A stretch of 64,000 nucleotides of DNA, taken from NCBI GenBank assembly GCA_951406725.2, contig OX597822.1, forward strand, positions 97,898,001 to 97,962,000, read 5' to 3'. The notes below the pieces were generated by a model that saw only the letters and a program-made list of their open reading frames with translations, was not told where the DNA came from and did not search any database. The DNA comes from Octopus vulgaris. Lineage: Eukaryota. Below, in pieces: positions 50,162-64,000 of the stretch. The position numbers were made by a program, and so were the translations under genes. Each line of letters opens with the position of its first letter. Within the stretch, counting starts at the first letter, position 1.

Positions 50162-51493
50162 TTTTGCTTTTTCATATAAAGCTATTGAGGGTGGATGAAG
50201 GCTTACATCTGATTAATATGAACAATTGCTTTTTTTTATAAGTATATATGTATATATATACTTACGCCTGTGCTGGTGCTTGTGTGTATGTGTTTTATGC
50301 ATCCAAATATAACCATATTACAGAGGCATATTTATATTCAGTGTGTGTCAAATCAATTAAAAGATTAAAAAAGCAATTGTTCATATTAATCAGATGTAAG
50401 CCTTCACCCACCCTCAATAGCTTTATATGAAAAAGCAAAATTAAAACGAAAGTAATCAACTCAGAAGAAATAAAGTTATGCAAAAAAAAAAGTTTTATTC
50501 TTAGAAATCTAAAAATGCGTTGTATTATATTTCATAATGCTAAAATCTACAGGTATAGCCTAGATAAAGGATAACGTTGAAATTATATAAAACACTAGCA
50601 GTATCGCCCAGCGTTGCTCGGGTTTGTAAGGGAAATAACTATAAAGCATTTTTAGAGAGTTATAGCCAAAAAATGCATTAAAAATGGAAAAAAAATTATG
50701 GTAAATTCTTTTAAAAATCGATGACTCATCGTAGACATTTTTAGAGAGATACTTCTCTTTATTTAAAAAATATGCGTTAAAATGGAAAAAAAAATGATGG
50801 TAAATTATTTTTAAAATCGTAGACTCATCGTAGATGCGCGCTAATACTCAGACGGGCTCGATATGAATCACGACTATAAGATACCCGAATTTGGTTAAAC
50901 TGCACCGCAAAATGTGGGAGTAGTTAGGTATCTAAATCGTAGGAGACAGACACTCACACAACTTCACTTTTATATATATAGATTTATTTTTGAATTATTT
51001 ATTAATAAAAATGTAGCTATATATATATCTTTATTATTGTGGTAGATCTAACAGAATACCTGTAGCAATAATTAATATCAGCGAATACTGCAGATTCTTT
51101 ACACTCACACACGTGCACACGCACGCATAAACATACACACACACAAACACCCACATACAAACATACACACAAACACACACGCGCGCACAGTCAAACACAC
51201 GGACAGATGCATACATACGTTCGCATGCATGTCAATGTATGTAAGGAAGCTAAGCTAGCATATAAAGGATAAAAGAAAATATGCAAAGGAATGGATTGCA
51301 CGGATACCCGTACATACATACATAGCAGCTAGAGATAAGATAATTACATTATATCAACATCTAAACATCTAAAGAAGTGTACAATTCAATATTTAATAAA
51401 CATAGCAAAGCGGCGAGTTGGCAGAATCGTCAGCACATTGGGGGAAATGCTTAGCGGTACTTCGTCTGCCGCTACGTTCTGAATACTGGTCCG

Positions 51494-51544
<51 letters not shown>

Positions 51545-52106
51545 TATTTATCTATTTACCTTCTAGTTTCAGTCATTAGACTGCAGCCATTTGGGGACAC
51601 CGCTTTGATGAGTTTTAATCGAACTTATCCTTTCCAGTCCTATAAACTGTGGTTTATATATATATTTATTTATTTCAATAAGATGAGAAAATAGAGAAAT
51701 AATTAATGAATTATTATTCATTAATTAAAAATTTGACAACATCCCTTACAGCTGTTTCAATTCTAGACCTTCAGAAAATTAATAAAATTAAAAATTATTT
51801 GAAAGTCGAATCTCGTCGGTTTGCAGCCGCATACTCAACATGCAGGAATTGAACACCTATTTTGTTATATCTTAAACTACCTTTGACAAGATTCGTCTTT
51901 CAAATAATTTTCAATGTTATCAATTAATTTTCTGAAGGTCTAGAAGTGAAAAAGCTGTAGGGGATGCTGTCAATTTTTTAATTAATAGGTAATAATTTGT
52001 TAATTACCTCTCTATTTTCTTATCTTACACACACACACACACATACATATATATATGTATGTGTGGTATGTGTGTGTATGTGTGTGTTTGTGTATATATA
52101 GTACAT

Positions 52107-52197
<91 letters not shown>

Positions 52198-52323
52198 TTA
52201 GCAAAAATTTAGCTTCAAATGAATATGGTACTTAATTTAGATGTACCAGAATTTTGTATGGTGTTATCCATAAAAATCCGTGGGGTGATTATAATCAAAA
52301 TAAGCAACAACAATGACTCCGGT

Positions 52324-52414
52324 AATTTGGTACGATCGTTTCGTACTACATCATTTTATTAAATGTTGTAAGTATTACAACAGATGTAAGATGCTGAGTA
52401 CTCATCAGCCAATT
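52324..52414 (-). ncRNA. Hammerhead ribozyme, unit 3 copy
   Basis: Identical to 39138-39228. Confidence 0.8.
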
Positions 52415-52495
52415 ATAGAGGTTTTCCATTAATACAAACATTTTCAATATACATATATTTATGTACATATATTTATGTACATATATTTATGTACA

Positions 52496-52574
<79 letters not shown>

Positions 52575-52623
52575 ATATATATATATATATATATCTATCT
52601 ATCTATCTATATATGTGTGTTTG

Positions 52624-52684
<61 letters not shown>

Positions 52685-55012
52685 AAAACGTCCGTAAACC
52701 AGAAATCCCTATACAAGTATTATGCAAAATTAGAATCCCTTCTGAGGACAACCATGCATTATCAATATTTAGTATAATGCATACCAAAATATTATGGACT
52801 ATAAAGCTAAGAACCTCCGATAACTACGATACATATGGTGGATATAGATACTCCATCACATGCATACACACACACGCACACACACACATACACACATACA
52901 AATCCATTATCAGCTACCTAATGTATATCATTATGGTTTCGACACGTGATGTACTAATCACTTCGGTGGTGTGGAGTGCGTTAGAATAATACCTGGGAAT
53001 GAATAAGACAAGAAGCTGGAACTAAAGGTTAGTGGAACATGACCATCACGTTCCACTAGGAGGAGTGGCTGTGTGGTAAGTAGCTTGTCTGCCAACCACA
53101 TGGTTCCGGGTTCAGTCCCACTGTGTGGCATCTTGGGCAAGTGTCTTCTACTATAGCCTCGGGCCGACCAAAGCCTTGTGAGTGGATTTGCTAGACGGAA
53201 ACTGAAAGAAGCCCGTCGTATATATATGTATATATATGTATGCGTGTGTGTGTTTGTGTGTCTGTGTTTGTCTCCTAGCATTGCTTGACAACCGATGCTG
53301 GTGTATTTATGTCCCCGTTACTTAGCGGTTCGGCAAAAGAGACCGATAGAATAAGTACTGGGCTTACAAAAGAATAAGTCCCGGGGTCGAGTTGCTCGGC
53401 TAAAGGCGGTGCTCCAGCATGGCCGCAGTCAAATGACTGAAACAAGTAAAAGAGTAAAAGAGTATCACGTGTGATTATTGTTTCATAAGCATAAGATTTG
53501 AAAACATATATAGTTACATACGAATAACTACAAAACCTAACGAAAAAACCATATAAAAACTGGAGAAATCTTATCAAAATCGACATTGTCACCCTAAGAA
53601 ATATAGATGTTGTGAAACATAGATCATTAAAACGAACTAGCAAACGAAACGTATTGAACAAAAACTATCCAATATAGACGAAAACACTTATTGCCAATAT
53701 AATATAAGGAATGATAAACGTATAGATCACTAAGAGAACACACACATATAGACATAATCTCATTCAAAAATAAAAGTTTTGAAAAATATCAAAAATATCA
53801 ATTAAATTATAACTGAGAGATAAGACTTTATACAAAGAAGCCACTTTCAGCTTTCCCCCACAGGCTCAAGACGGTTTTGGAACTTGGCACATGCGTTCCG
53901 CACTGAATCTCTGGGTAGGTCTTCGAACATCTTGTTCATGGCCATCAGCTCGGCTTTGGTGTTTTAGCCAGAGCGGTTGGTGTCTTTCGCAACCTCTCCC
54001 CACACATAGTAATCTGTGGGTTACAATCGGGAGAATTAAGAGACCAGATATTGGGGTTGTTTAATTCGTAGAAATTCTCCGAGAGCCGCTTTTGACTCTT
54101 TCCACAAGTATATGCTTCTTTATTACCCACAAGGGGCTAAACATAGAGGGGACAAACAAGGACAGACCAACGAATTAAGTCGATTACATAGACCCCAGTG
54201 CATAATTGGTACTTAATTTATCGACCCCGAAATGATGAAAGGCAAAGTCGACCTCGGCGGAATTTGAACTCAGAACGTACCGGCAGACGAAATACGGCTA
54301 CGCATTTCGCCCGGCGTGCTAACGGTTCTGCCAGCTCGCCACCTTTCCACAAGTATAACCACGAGCTGAATCCTGCTGCTATACGTATGGCTTTCCAATA
54401 GCAATCCTCTCCAACTAGGAATTAACCTCAGTTCCCAGCAGTTTCACATAGAAGTCTTAATTGAGCTTAAGGCCTTGTTCAAAGATGTGGGAATTAATTC
54501 TGGCGTATGGTCACAATCAGAACGCCTGCTGTTTCGCTTCCTGCTAGCCCCAGATTCGTAGTCTTCGTTGCAGTTGTCCATACCACATCTTACAACCTTT
54601 ACTGTATTCGCAGAACATTGAGCTGCAGTCATGATATCAGCATTTTCATACTCGGCGCAAATCGTCATGATACAGGTATATCTTGTTCGATATTCATATA
54701 GTTTCGGGCCCTCTGTCTCAGCAAAGTTTTTTCTCAAATCCATCTTTAATCTTTATGCTCTCCAACGCCGTTCACTGTTCACAAATACATCAAGCTATTC
54801 CTGAACCAAAAGGAAAGGAAACACAAAAGATCGTCAAATTCATCCCTGATACCCTGTATATATACACTTGTATACATACATATATCCATGCATAACCATA
54901 AGACTACTCTGTTGATAACTAAATGCCATTGAAAGTCCCTTGTTTCCAGGCTAGAAACTAGCTTTTCCTCCAATATAGGCATGCACAATTTCACGTACAG
55001 CATACACACAGA

Positions 55013-55078
<66 letters not shown>

Positions 55079-55378
55079 AAGTATTATTGAATTTGCAAAT
55101 ATTACTATATACGGAAGCAATTGTGTGAAGAATGCATTATATCTCAGGTAGAATGAATGTATCTTTGATATAGTTCCAGCTTAGAGCATTTCATTACGCA
55201 GTTCCTTGTTTATGCCAATGGAGAACCCTCAAGCAGGGTTGACCGGCTGAATTATTCGCTCTGCCAACTGCAATTGAGGTTACTGCATGCAACAAGGATT
55301 ATTGAAACATTGCATGCTCTCCTTCCTTAGAGTTATTTTTCTATTCATGAATGTATCCGCCTGTATGTGTGTATATCC

Positions 55379-55433
<55 letters not shown>

Positions 55434-55821
55434 ACGCGCGCACACACATATACACTCCCACACATATGTATGCAATCATGTCTGTTTGTATGTGTGTATA
55501 TATGTGTGAATACTTTTGTATATGTATGTGAATGGTATGTGTTGCATGTGAATGTTGAACATTTAAATCACTCTCCTGTGATGATCTGAAGACAGTAACT
55601 TAGTCAACTTCCGCTACCGTTTAATTGGATATTCTGACTCTTGCAATTATATAAATATTTTTAACTATTTAAATTTCTATTTTTAATCTTTCAATGTTTT
55701 GAGGATTAACTAAAAAAAAGAAAAAAAAAAGAAAAAGTTCTTTCACTAAAGGTTTCATGTCACATTTAATCTATTTCATGTTTATGTTTGACAAAATGTC
55801 AATATTAAAGAACATTTTAAT

Positions 55822-56655
55822 GTTTTGCAAACCCTGGTGGAACAAAACCTCATCGTAACTGTTGAGGAATTAACAGGGATGATTGGATTTTGTCATTCAA
55901 CCATTCATTGACACTTGAAGGCCATCGACAAAGTCAGCGAATTGAGTCAATGGGTTCCTCACTAACTTTCCGAGTCTGATCGCGAGCAGAGAGTGAATGT
56001 GTGCTCTTCTTCGCTGTCACGTCTCACGAATGAACCTTTTTGGGACCGAATAGTGACTGGTGACGAGAAATGGGTTCTCTATAAATATGTCAAGTCTCGA
56101 AGACAGTGGGAAGGGAAAGGAGAAACACTGGCACTCCAGTCTAAAGAGGATCTTCACCCACGTAAGGTGTTGTTATCTGTTTGGTGGGATATAAAAGGTT
56201 TAGTCCACTTTCAACTTTTAAACCCAAACCAAACAATAAGAAAGGCGATCTACTGCGAGCAGCTTGAGCGGCTTAAATCATCGCTAAAAGAAAAACAACC
56301 ATCTTTGGTTTCAAGACGAAAGGTGTTCTTCCATCAGGATAATGTTCTGCCACATACAATGAGGATGACATTCCAAATGCTAGAGCAGTTTGAATGGGAA
56401 ACGATTCCCCACTCACCATACCCGCCGGACATTGCCCCATCTGGTTATCATTTATTCTGCAGTCTTCAAAATCATTTGGACGGAAAAATATGAATTCTGT
56501 AGACGAGGTCAGAACAGTAGTGGAGGAGTATTTTTCGTCACGGAAAAGGGAATTTTGGAAGAGGGGCCTTGCAAGTCTATCAGATAGATGGAAGAGCATT
56601 GTAAAAAATGAAGGAGAGTATATTATAGATTAAAAAGAAGTTTGTTTACCTTAAT
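55822..56655 (+). pseudogene. Mariner transposase fragment, unit 4
   Basis: As unit 2. Confidence 0.9.
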
Positions 56656-56733
56656 TTCAGTGAAGCTTTACATAGCATCGTATCGTTATCGACTGCTACT
56701 TCCGACAAGCATTGGTGCCTTGTTGTACCACTA

Positions 56734-56791
<58 letters not shown>

Positions 56792-58117
56792 GCTTTTTCA
56801 TATAAAGCTATTGAGGGTGGATGAAGGCTTACATCTGATTAATATGAACAATTGCTTTTTTTTATAAGTATATATGTATATATATACTTACGCCTGTGCT
56901 GGTGCTTGTGTGTATGTGTTTTATGCATCCAAATATAACCATATTACAGAGGCATATTTATATTCAGTGTGTGTCAAATCAATTAAAAGATTAAAAAAGC
57001 AATTGTTCATATTAATCAGATGTAAGCCTTCACCCACCCTCAATAGCTTTATATGAAAAAGCAAAATTAAAACGAAAGTAATCAACTCAGAAGAAATAAA
57101 GTTATGCAAAAAAAAAGTTTTATTCTTAGAAATCTAAAAATGCGTTGTATTATATTTCATAATGCTAAAATCTACAGGTATAGCCTAGATAAAGGATAAC
57201 GTTGAAATTATATAAAACACTAGCAGTATCGCCCAGCGTTGCTCGGGTTTGTAAGGGAAATAACTATAAAGCATTTTTAGAGAGTTATAGCCAAAAAATG
57301 CATTAAAAATGGAAAAAAAATTATGGTAAATTCTTTTAAAAATCGTTGACTCATCGTAGACATTTTTAGAGAGATACTTCTCTTTATTTAAAAAATATGC
57401 GTTAAAATGGAAAAAAAATGATGGTAAATTATTTTTAAAATCGTAGACTCATCGTAGATGCGCGCTAATACTCAGACGGGCTCGATATGAATCACGACTA
57501 TAAGATACCCGAATTTGGTTAAACTGCACCGCAAAATGTGGGAGTAGTTAGGTATCTAAATCGTAGGAGACAGACACTCACACAACTTCACTTTTATATA
57601 TATAGATTTATTTTTGAATTATTTATTAATAAAAATGTAGCTATATATATATCTTTATTATTGTGGTAGATCTAACAGAATACCTGTAGCAATAATTAAT
57701 ATCAGCGAATACTGCAGATTCTTTACACTCACACACGTGCACACGCACGCATAAACATACACACACACAAACACCCACATACAAACATACACACAAACAC
57801 ACACGCGCGCACAGTCAAACACACGGACAGATGCATACATACGTTCGCATGCATGTCAATGTATGTAAGGAAGCTAAGCTAGCATATAAAGGATAAAAGA
57901 AAATATGCAAAGGAATGGATTGCACGGATACCCGTACATACATACATAGCAGCTAGAGATAAGATAATTACATTATATCAACATCTAAACATCTAAAGAA
58001 GTGTACAATTCAATATTTAATAAACATAGCAAAGCGGCGAGTTGGCAGAATCGTCAGCACATTGGGGGAAATGCTTAGCGGTACTTCGTCTGCCGCTACG
58101 TTCTGAATACTGGTCCG

Positions 58118-58180
<63 letters not shown>

Positions 58181-58739
58181 TTATCTATTTACCTTCTAGT
58201 TTCAGTCATTAGACTGCAGCCATTTGGGGACACCGCTTTGATGAGTTTTAATCGAACTTATCCTTTCCAGTCCTATAAACTGTGGTTTATATATATATTT
58301 ATTTATTTCAATAAGATGAGAAAATAGAGAAATAATTAATGAATTATTATTCATTAATTAAAAATTTGACAACATCCCTTACAGCTGTTTCAATTCTAGA
58401 CCTTCAGAAAATTAATAAAATTAAAAATTATTTGAAAGTCGAATCTCGTCGGTTTGCAGCCGCATACTCAACATGCAGGAATTGAACACCTATTTTGTTA
58501 TATCTTAAACTACCTTTGACAAGATTCGTCTTTCAAATAATTTTCAATGTTATCAATTAATTTTCTGAAGGTCTAGAAGTGAAAAAGCTGTAGGGGATGC
58601 TGTCAATTTTTTAATTAATAGGTAATAATTTGTTAATTACCTCTCTATTTTCTTATCTTACACACACACACACACATACATATATATATGTATGTGTGGT
58701 ATGTGTGTGTATGTGTGTGTTTGTGTATATATAGTACAT

Positions 58740-58828
<89 letters not shown>

Positions 58829-58954
58829 TTAGCAAAAATTTAGCTTCAAATGAATATGGTACTTAATTTAGATGTACCAGAATTTTGTATGGTGTTATCC
58901 ATAAAAATCCGTGGGGTGATTATAATCAAAATAAGCAACAACAATGACTCCGGT

Positions 58955-59045
58955 AATTTGGTACGATCGTTTCGTACTACATCATTTTATTAAATGTTGT
59001 AAGTATTACAACAGATGTAAGATGCTGAGTACTCATCAGCCAATT
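58955..59045 (-). ncRNA. Hammerhead ribozyme, unit 4 copy
   Basis: Identical to 39138-39228. Confidence 0.8.
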
Positions 59046-59112
59046 ATAGAGGTTTTCCATTAATACAAACATTTTCAATATACATATATTTATGTACATA
59101 TATTTATGTACG

Positions 59113-59265
<153 letters not shown>

Positions 59266-59303
59266 TGTGTGTTTGTATGTATATATATATATAGTATATA
59301 TTG

Positions 59304-59362
<59 letters not shown>

Positions 59363-61691
59363 CAAAACGTCCGTAAACCAGAAATCCCTATACAAGTATT
59401 ATGCAAAATTAGAATCCCTTCTGAGGACAACCATGCATTATCAATATTTAGTATAATGCATACCAAAATATTATGGACTATAAAGCTAAGAACCTCCGAT
59501 AACTACGATACATATGGTGGATATAGATACTCCATCACATGCATACACACACACGCACACACACACATACACACATACAAATCCATTATCAGCTACCTAA
59601 TGTATATCATTATGGTTTCGACACGTGATGTACTAATCACTTCGGTGGTGTGGAGTGCGTTAGAATAATACCTGGGAATGAATAAGACAAGAAGTTGGAA
59701 CTAAAGGTTAGTGGAACATGACCATCACGTTCCACTAGGAGGAGTGGCTGTGTGGTAAGTAGCTTGTCTGCCAACCACATGGTTCCGGGTTCAGTCCCAC
59801 TGTGTGGCATCTTGGGCAAGTGTCTTCTACTATAGCCTCGGGCCGACCAAAGCCTTGTGAGTGGATTTGCTAGACGGAAACTGAAAGAAGCCCGTCGTAT
59901 ATATATGTATATATATGTATGCGTGTGTGTGTTTGTGTGTCTGTGTTTGTCTCCTAGCATTGCTTGACAACCGATGCTGGTGTATTTATGTCCCCGTTAC
60001 TTAGCGGTTCGGCAAAAGAGACCGATAGAATAAGTACTGGGCTTACAAAAGAATAAGTCCCGGGGTCGAGTTGCTCGGCTAAAGGCGGTGCTCCAGCATG
60101 GCCGCAGTCAAATGACTGAAACAAGTAAAAGAGTAAAAGAGTATCACGTGTGATTATTGTTTCATAAGCATAAGATTTGAAAACATATATAGTTACATAC
60201 GAATAACTACAAAACCTAACGAAAAAACCATATAAAAACTGGAGAAATCTTATCAAAATCGACATTGTCACCCTAAGAAATATAGATGTTGTGAAACATA
60301 GATCATTAAAACGAACTAGCAAACGAAACGTATTGAACAAAAACTATCCAATATAGACGAAAACACTTATTGCCAATATAATATAAGGAATGATAAACGT
60401 ATAGATCACTAAGAGAACACACACATATAGACATAATCTCATTCAAAAATAAAAGTTTTGAAAAATATCAAAAATATCAATTAAATTATAACTGAGAGAT
60501 AAGACTTTATACAAAGAAGCCACTTTCAGCTTTCCCCCACAGGCTCAAGACGGTTTTGGAACTTGGCACATGCGTTCCGCACTGAATCTCTGGGTAGGTC
60601 TTCGAACATCTTGTTCATGGCCATCAGCTCGGCTTTGGTGTTTTAGCCAGAGCGGTTGGTGTCTTTCGCAACCTCTCCCCACACATAGTAATCTGTGGGT
60701 TACAATCGGGAGAATTAAGAGACCAGATATTGGGGTTGTTTAATTCGTAGAAATTCTCCGAGAGCCGCTTTTGACTCTTTCCACAAGTATATGCTTCTTT
60801 ATTACCCACAAGGGGCTAAACATAGAGGGGACAAACAAGGACAGACCAACGAATTAAGTCGATTACATAGACCCCAGTGCATAATTGGTACTTAATTTAT
60901 CGACCCCGAAATGATGAAAGGCAAAGTCGACCTCGGCGGAATTTGAACTCAGAACGTACCGGCAGACGAAATACGGCTACGCATTTCGCCCGGCGTGCTA
61001 ACGGTTCTGCCAGCTCGCCACCTTTCCACAAGTATAACCACGAGCTGAATCCTGCTGCTATACGTATGGCTTTCCAATAGCAATCCTCTCCAACTAGGAA
61101 TTAACCTCAGTTCCCAGCAGTTTCACATAGAAGTCTTAATTGAGCTTAAGGCCTTGTTCAAAGATGTGGGAATTAATTCTGGCGTATGGTCACAATCAGA
61201 ACGCCTGCTGTTTCGCTTCCTGCTAGCCCCAGATTCGTAGTCTTCGTTGCAGTTGTCCATACCACATCTTACAACCTTTACTGTATTCGCAGAACATTGA
61301 GCTGCAGTCATGATATCAGCATTTTCATACTCGGCGCAAATCGTCATGATACAGGTATATCTTGTTCGATATTCATATAGTTTCGGGCCCTCTGTCTCAG
61401 CAAAGTTTTTTCTCAAATCCATCTTTAATCTTTATGCTCTCCAACGCCGTTCACTGTTCACAAATACATCAAGCTATTCCTGAACCAAAAGGAAAGGAAA
61501 CACAAAAGATCGTCAAATTCATCCCTGATACCCTGTATATATACACTTGTATACATACATATATCCATGCATAACCATAAGACTACTCTGTTGATAACTA
61601 AATGCCATTGAAAGTCCCTTGTTTCCAGGCTAGAAACTAGCTTTTCCTCCAATATAGGCATGCACAATTTCACGTACAGCATACACACAGA

Positions 61692-61753
<62 letters not shown>

Positions 61754-62060
61754 ATATAGGAAGTATTATTGAATTTGCAAATATTACTATATACGGAAGC
61801 AATTGTGTGAAGAATGCATTATATCTCAGGTAGAATGAATGTATCTTTGATATAGTTCCAGCTTAGAGCATTTCATTACGCAGTTCCTTGTTTATGCCAA
61901 TGGAGAACCCTCAAGCAGGGTTGACCGGCTGAATTATTCGCTCTGCCAACTGCAATTGAGGTTACTGCATGCAACAAGGATTATTGAAACATTGCATGCT
62001 CTCCTTCCTTAGAGTTATTTTTCTATTCATGAATGTATCCGCCTGTATGTGTGTATATCC

Positions 62061-62114
<54 letters not shown>

Positions 62115-62507
62115 TACAACGCGCGCACACACATATACACTCCCACACATATGTATGCAATCATGTCTGTTTGTATGTGTGTATATATGTGTGAATACTT
62201 TTGTATATGTATGTGAATGGTATGTGTTGCATGTGAATGTTGAACATTTAAATCACTCTCCTGTGATGATCTGAAGACAGTAACTTAGTCAACTTCCGCT
62301 ACCGTTTAATTGGATATTCTGACTTTTGCAATTATATAAATATTTTTAACTATTTAAATTTCTATTTTTAATCTTTCAATGTTTTGAGGATTAACTAAAA
62401 AAAAGAAAAAAAAAAGAAAAAAGTTCTTTCACTAAAGGTTTCATGTCACATTTAATCTATTTCATGTTTATGTTTGACAAAATGTCAATATTAAAGAACA
62501 TTTTAAT

Positions 62508-63345
62508 GTTTTGCAAACCCTGGTGGAACAAAACCTCATCGTAACTGTTGAGGAATTAACAGGGATGATTGGATTTTGTCATTCAACCATTCATTGACAC
62601 TTGAAGGCCATCGACAAAGTCAGCGAATTGAGTCAATGGGTTCCTCACTAACTTTCCGAGTCTGATCGCGAGCAGAGAGTGAATGTGTGCTCTTCTTCGC
62701 TGTCACGTCTCACGAATGAACCTTTTTGGGACCGAATAGTGACTGGTGACGAGAAATGGGTTCTCTATAAATATGTCAAGTCTCGAAGACAGTGGGAAGG
62801 GAAAGGAGAAACACTGGCACTCCAGTCTAAAGAGGATCTTCACCCACGTAAGGTGTTGTTATCTGTTTGGTGGGATATAAAAGGTTTAGTCCACTTTCAA
62901 CTTTTAAACCCAAACCAAACAATAAGAAAGGCGATCTACTGCGAGCAGCTTGAGCGGCTTAAATCATCGCTAAAAGAAAAACAACCATCTTTGGTTTCAA
63001 GACGAAAGGTGTTCTTCCATCAGGATAATGTTCTGCCACATACAATGAGGATGACATTCCAAATGCTAGAGCAGTTTGAATGGGAAACGATTCCCCACTC
63101 ACCATACCCGCCGGACATTGCCCCATCTGGTTATCATTTATTCTGCAGTCTTCAAAATCATTTGGACGGAAAAATATGAATTCTGTAGACGAGGTCAGAA
63201 CAGTAGTGGAGGAGTATTTTTCGTCACGGAAAAGGGAATTTTGGAAGAGGGGCCTTGCAAGTCTATCAGATAGATGGAAGAGCATTGTAAAAAATGAAGG
63301 AGAGTATATTATAGATTAAAAAGAAGTTTGTTTACCTTAATTTCA
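62508..63345 (+). pseudogene. Mariner transposase fragment, unit 5
   Basis: As unit 2. Confidence 0.9.
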
Positions 63346-63419
63346 GTGAAGCTTTACATAGCATCGTATCATTATCGACTGCTACTTCCGACAAGCATTG
63401 GTGCCTTGTTGTACCACTA

Positions 63420-63466
<47 letters not shown>

Positions 63467-64000
63467 TTTTGCTTTTTCATATAAAGCTATTGAGGGTGGA
63501 TGAAGGCTTACATCTGATGAATATGAACAATTGCTTTTTTTTATAAGTATATATGTATATATATACTTACGCCTGTGCTGGTGCTTGTGTGTATGTGTTT
63601 TATGCATCCAAATATAACCATATTACAGAGGCATATTTATATTCAGTGTGTGTCAAATCAATTAAAAGATTAAAAAAGCAATTGTTCATATTAATCAGAT
63701 GTAAGCCTTCACCCACCCTCAATAGCTTTATATGAAAAAGCAAAATTAAAACGAAAGTAATCAACTCAGAAGAAATAAAGTTATGCAAAAAAAAGTTTTA
63801 TTCTTAGAAATCTAAAAATGCGTTGTATTATATTTCATAATGCAAAATCTACAGGTATAGCCTAGATAAAGGATAACGTTGAAATTATATAAAACACTAG
63901 CAGTATCGCCCAGCGTTGCTCGGGTTTGTAAGGGAAATAACTATAAAGCATTTTTAGAGAGTTATAGCGAAAAAATGCATTAAAAATGGAAAAAAAATTA

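Overview
AT-rich, microsatellite-dense eukaryotic DNA. The SINE repertoire and abundant (TA)n/(CATA)n tracts suggest an octopus or other coleoid cephalopod genome (inference, not checked against a database). I see no intact host protein-coding gene; almost all ORFs in the track are microsatellite or SINE read-throughs. Bases 1-36 kb are a mosaic of decayed mobile elements: at least four tRNA-derived SINE families, RTE, R4/Dong-like, CR1 and Penelope-like retroelements, a Gypsy integrase scrap and a long-TIR mariner. Several locally templated insertions are also visible. From 35,996 to the window end is a young tandem array of a ~6.6 kb unit (4 full copies plus 1 partial). Each unit holds a mariner fragment, a non-autonomous Helitron, foldback elements, SINEs and a maT/Tc1-like fragment. 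The most notable signal is a set of hammerhead ribozyme (HHR) motifs in short elements embedded in (TA)n. One has a canonical core with a long stem II and recurs in every full array unit. One is a U4C variant with a long stem II, and one is a minimal HHR with an apparent compensatory A3:U8 core pair. Several half or degenerate motifs also occur. Together they suggest a Penelope-related, microsatellite-associated, retrozyme-like family.
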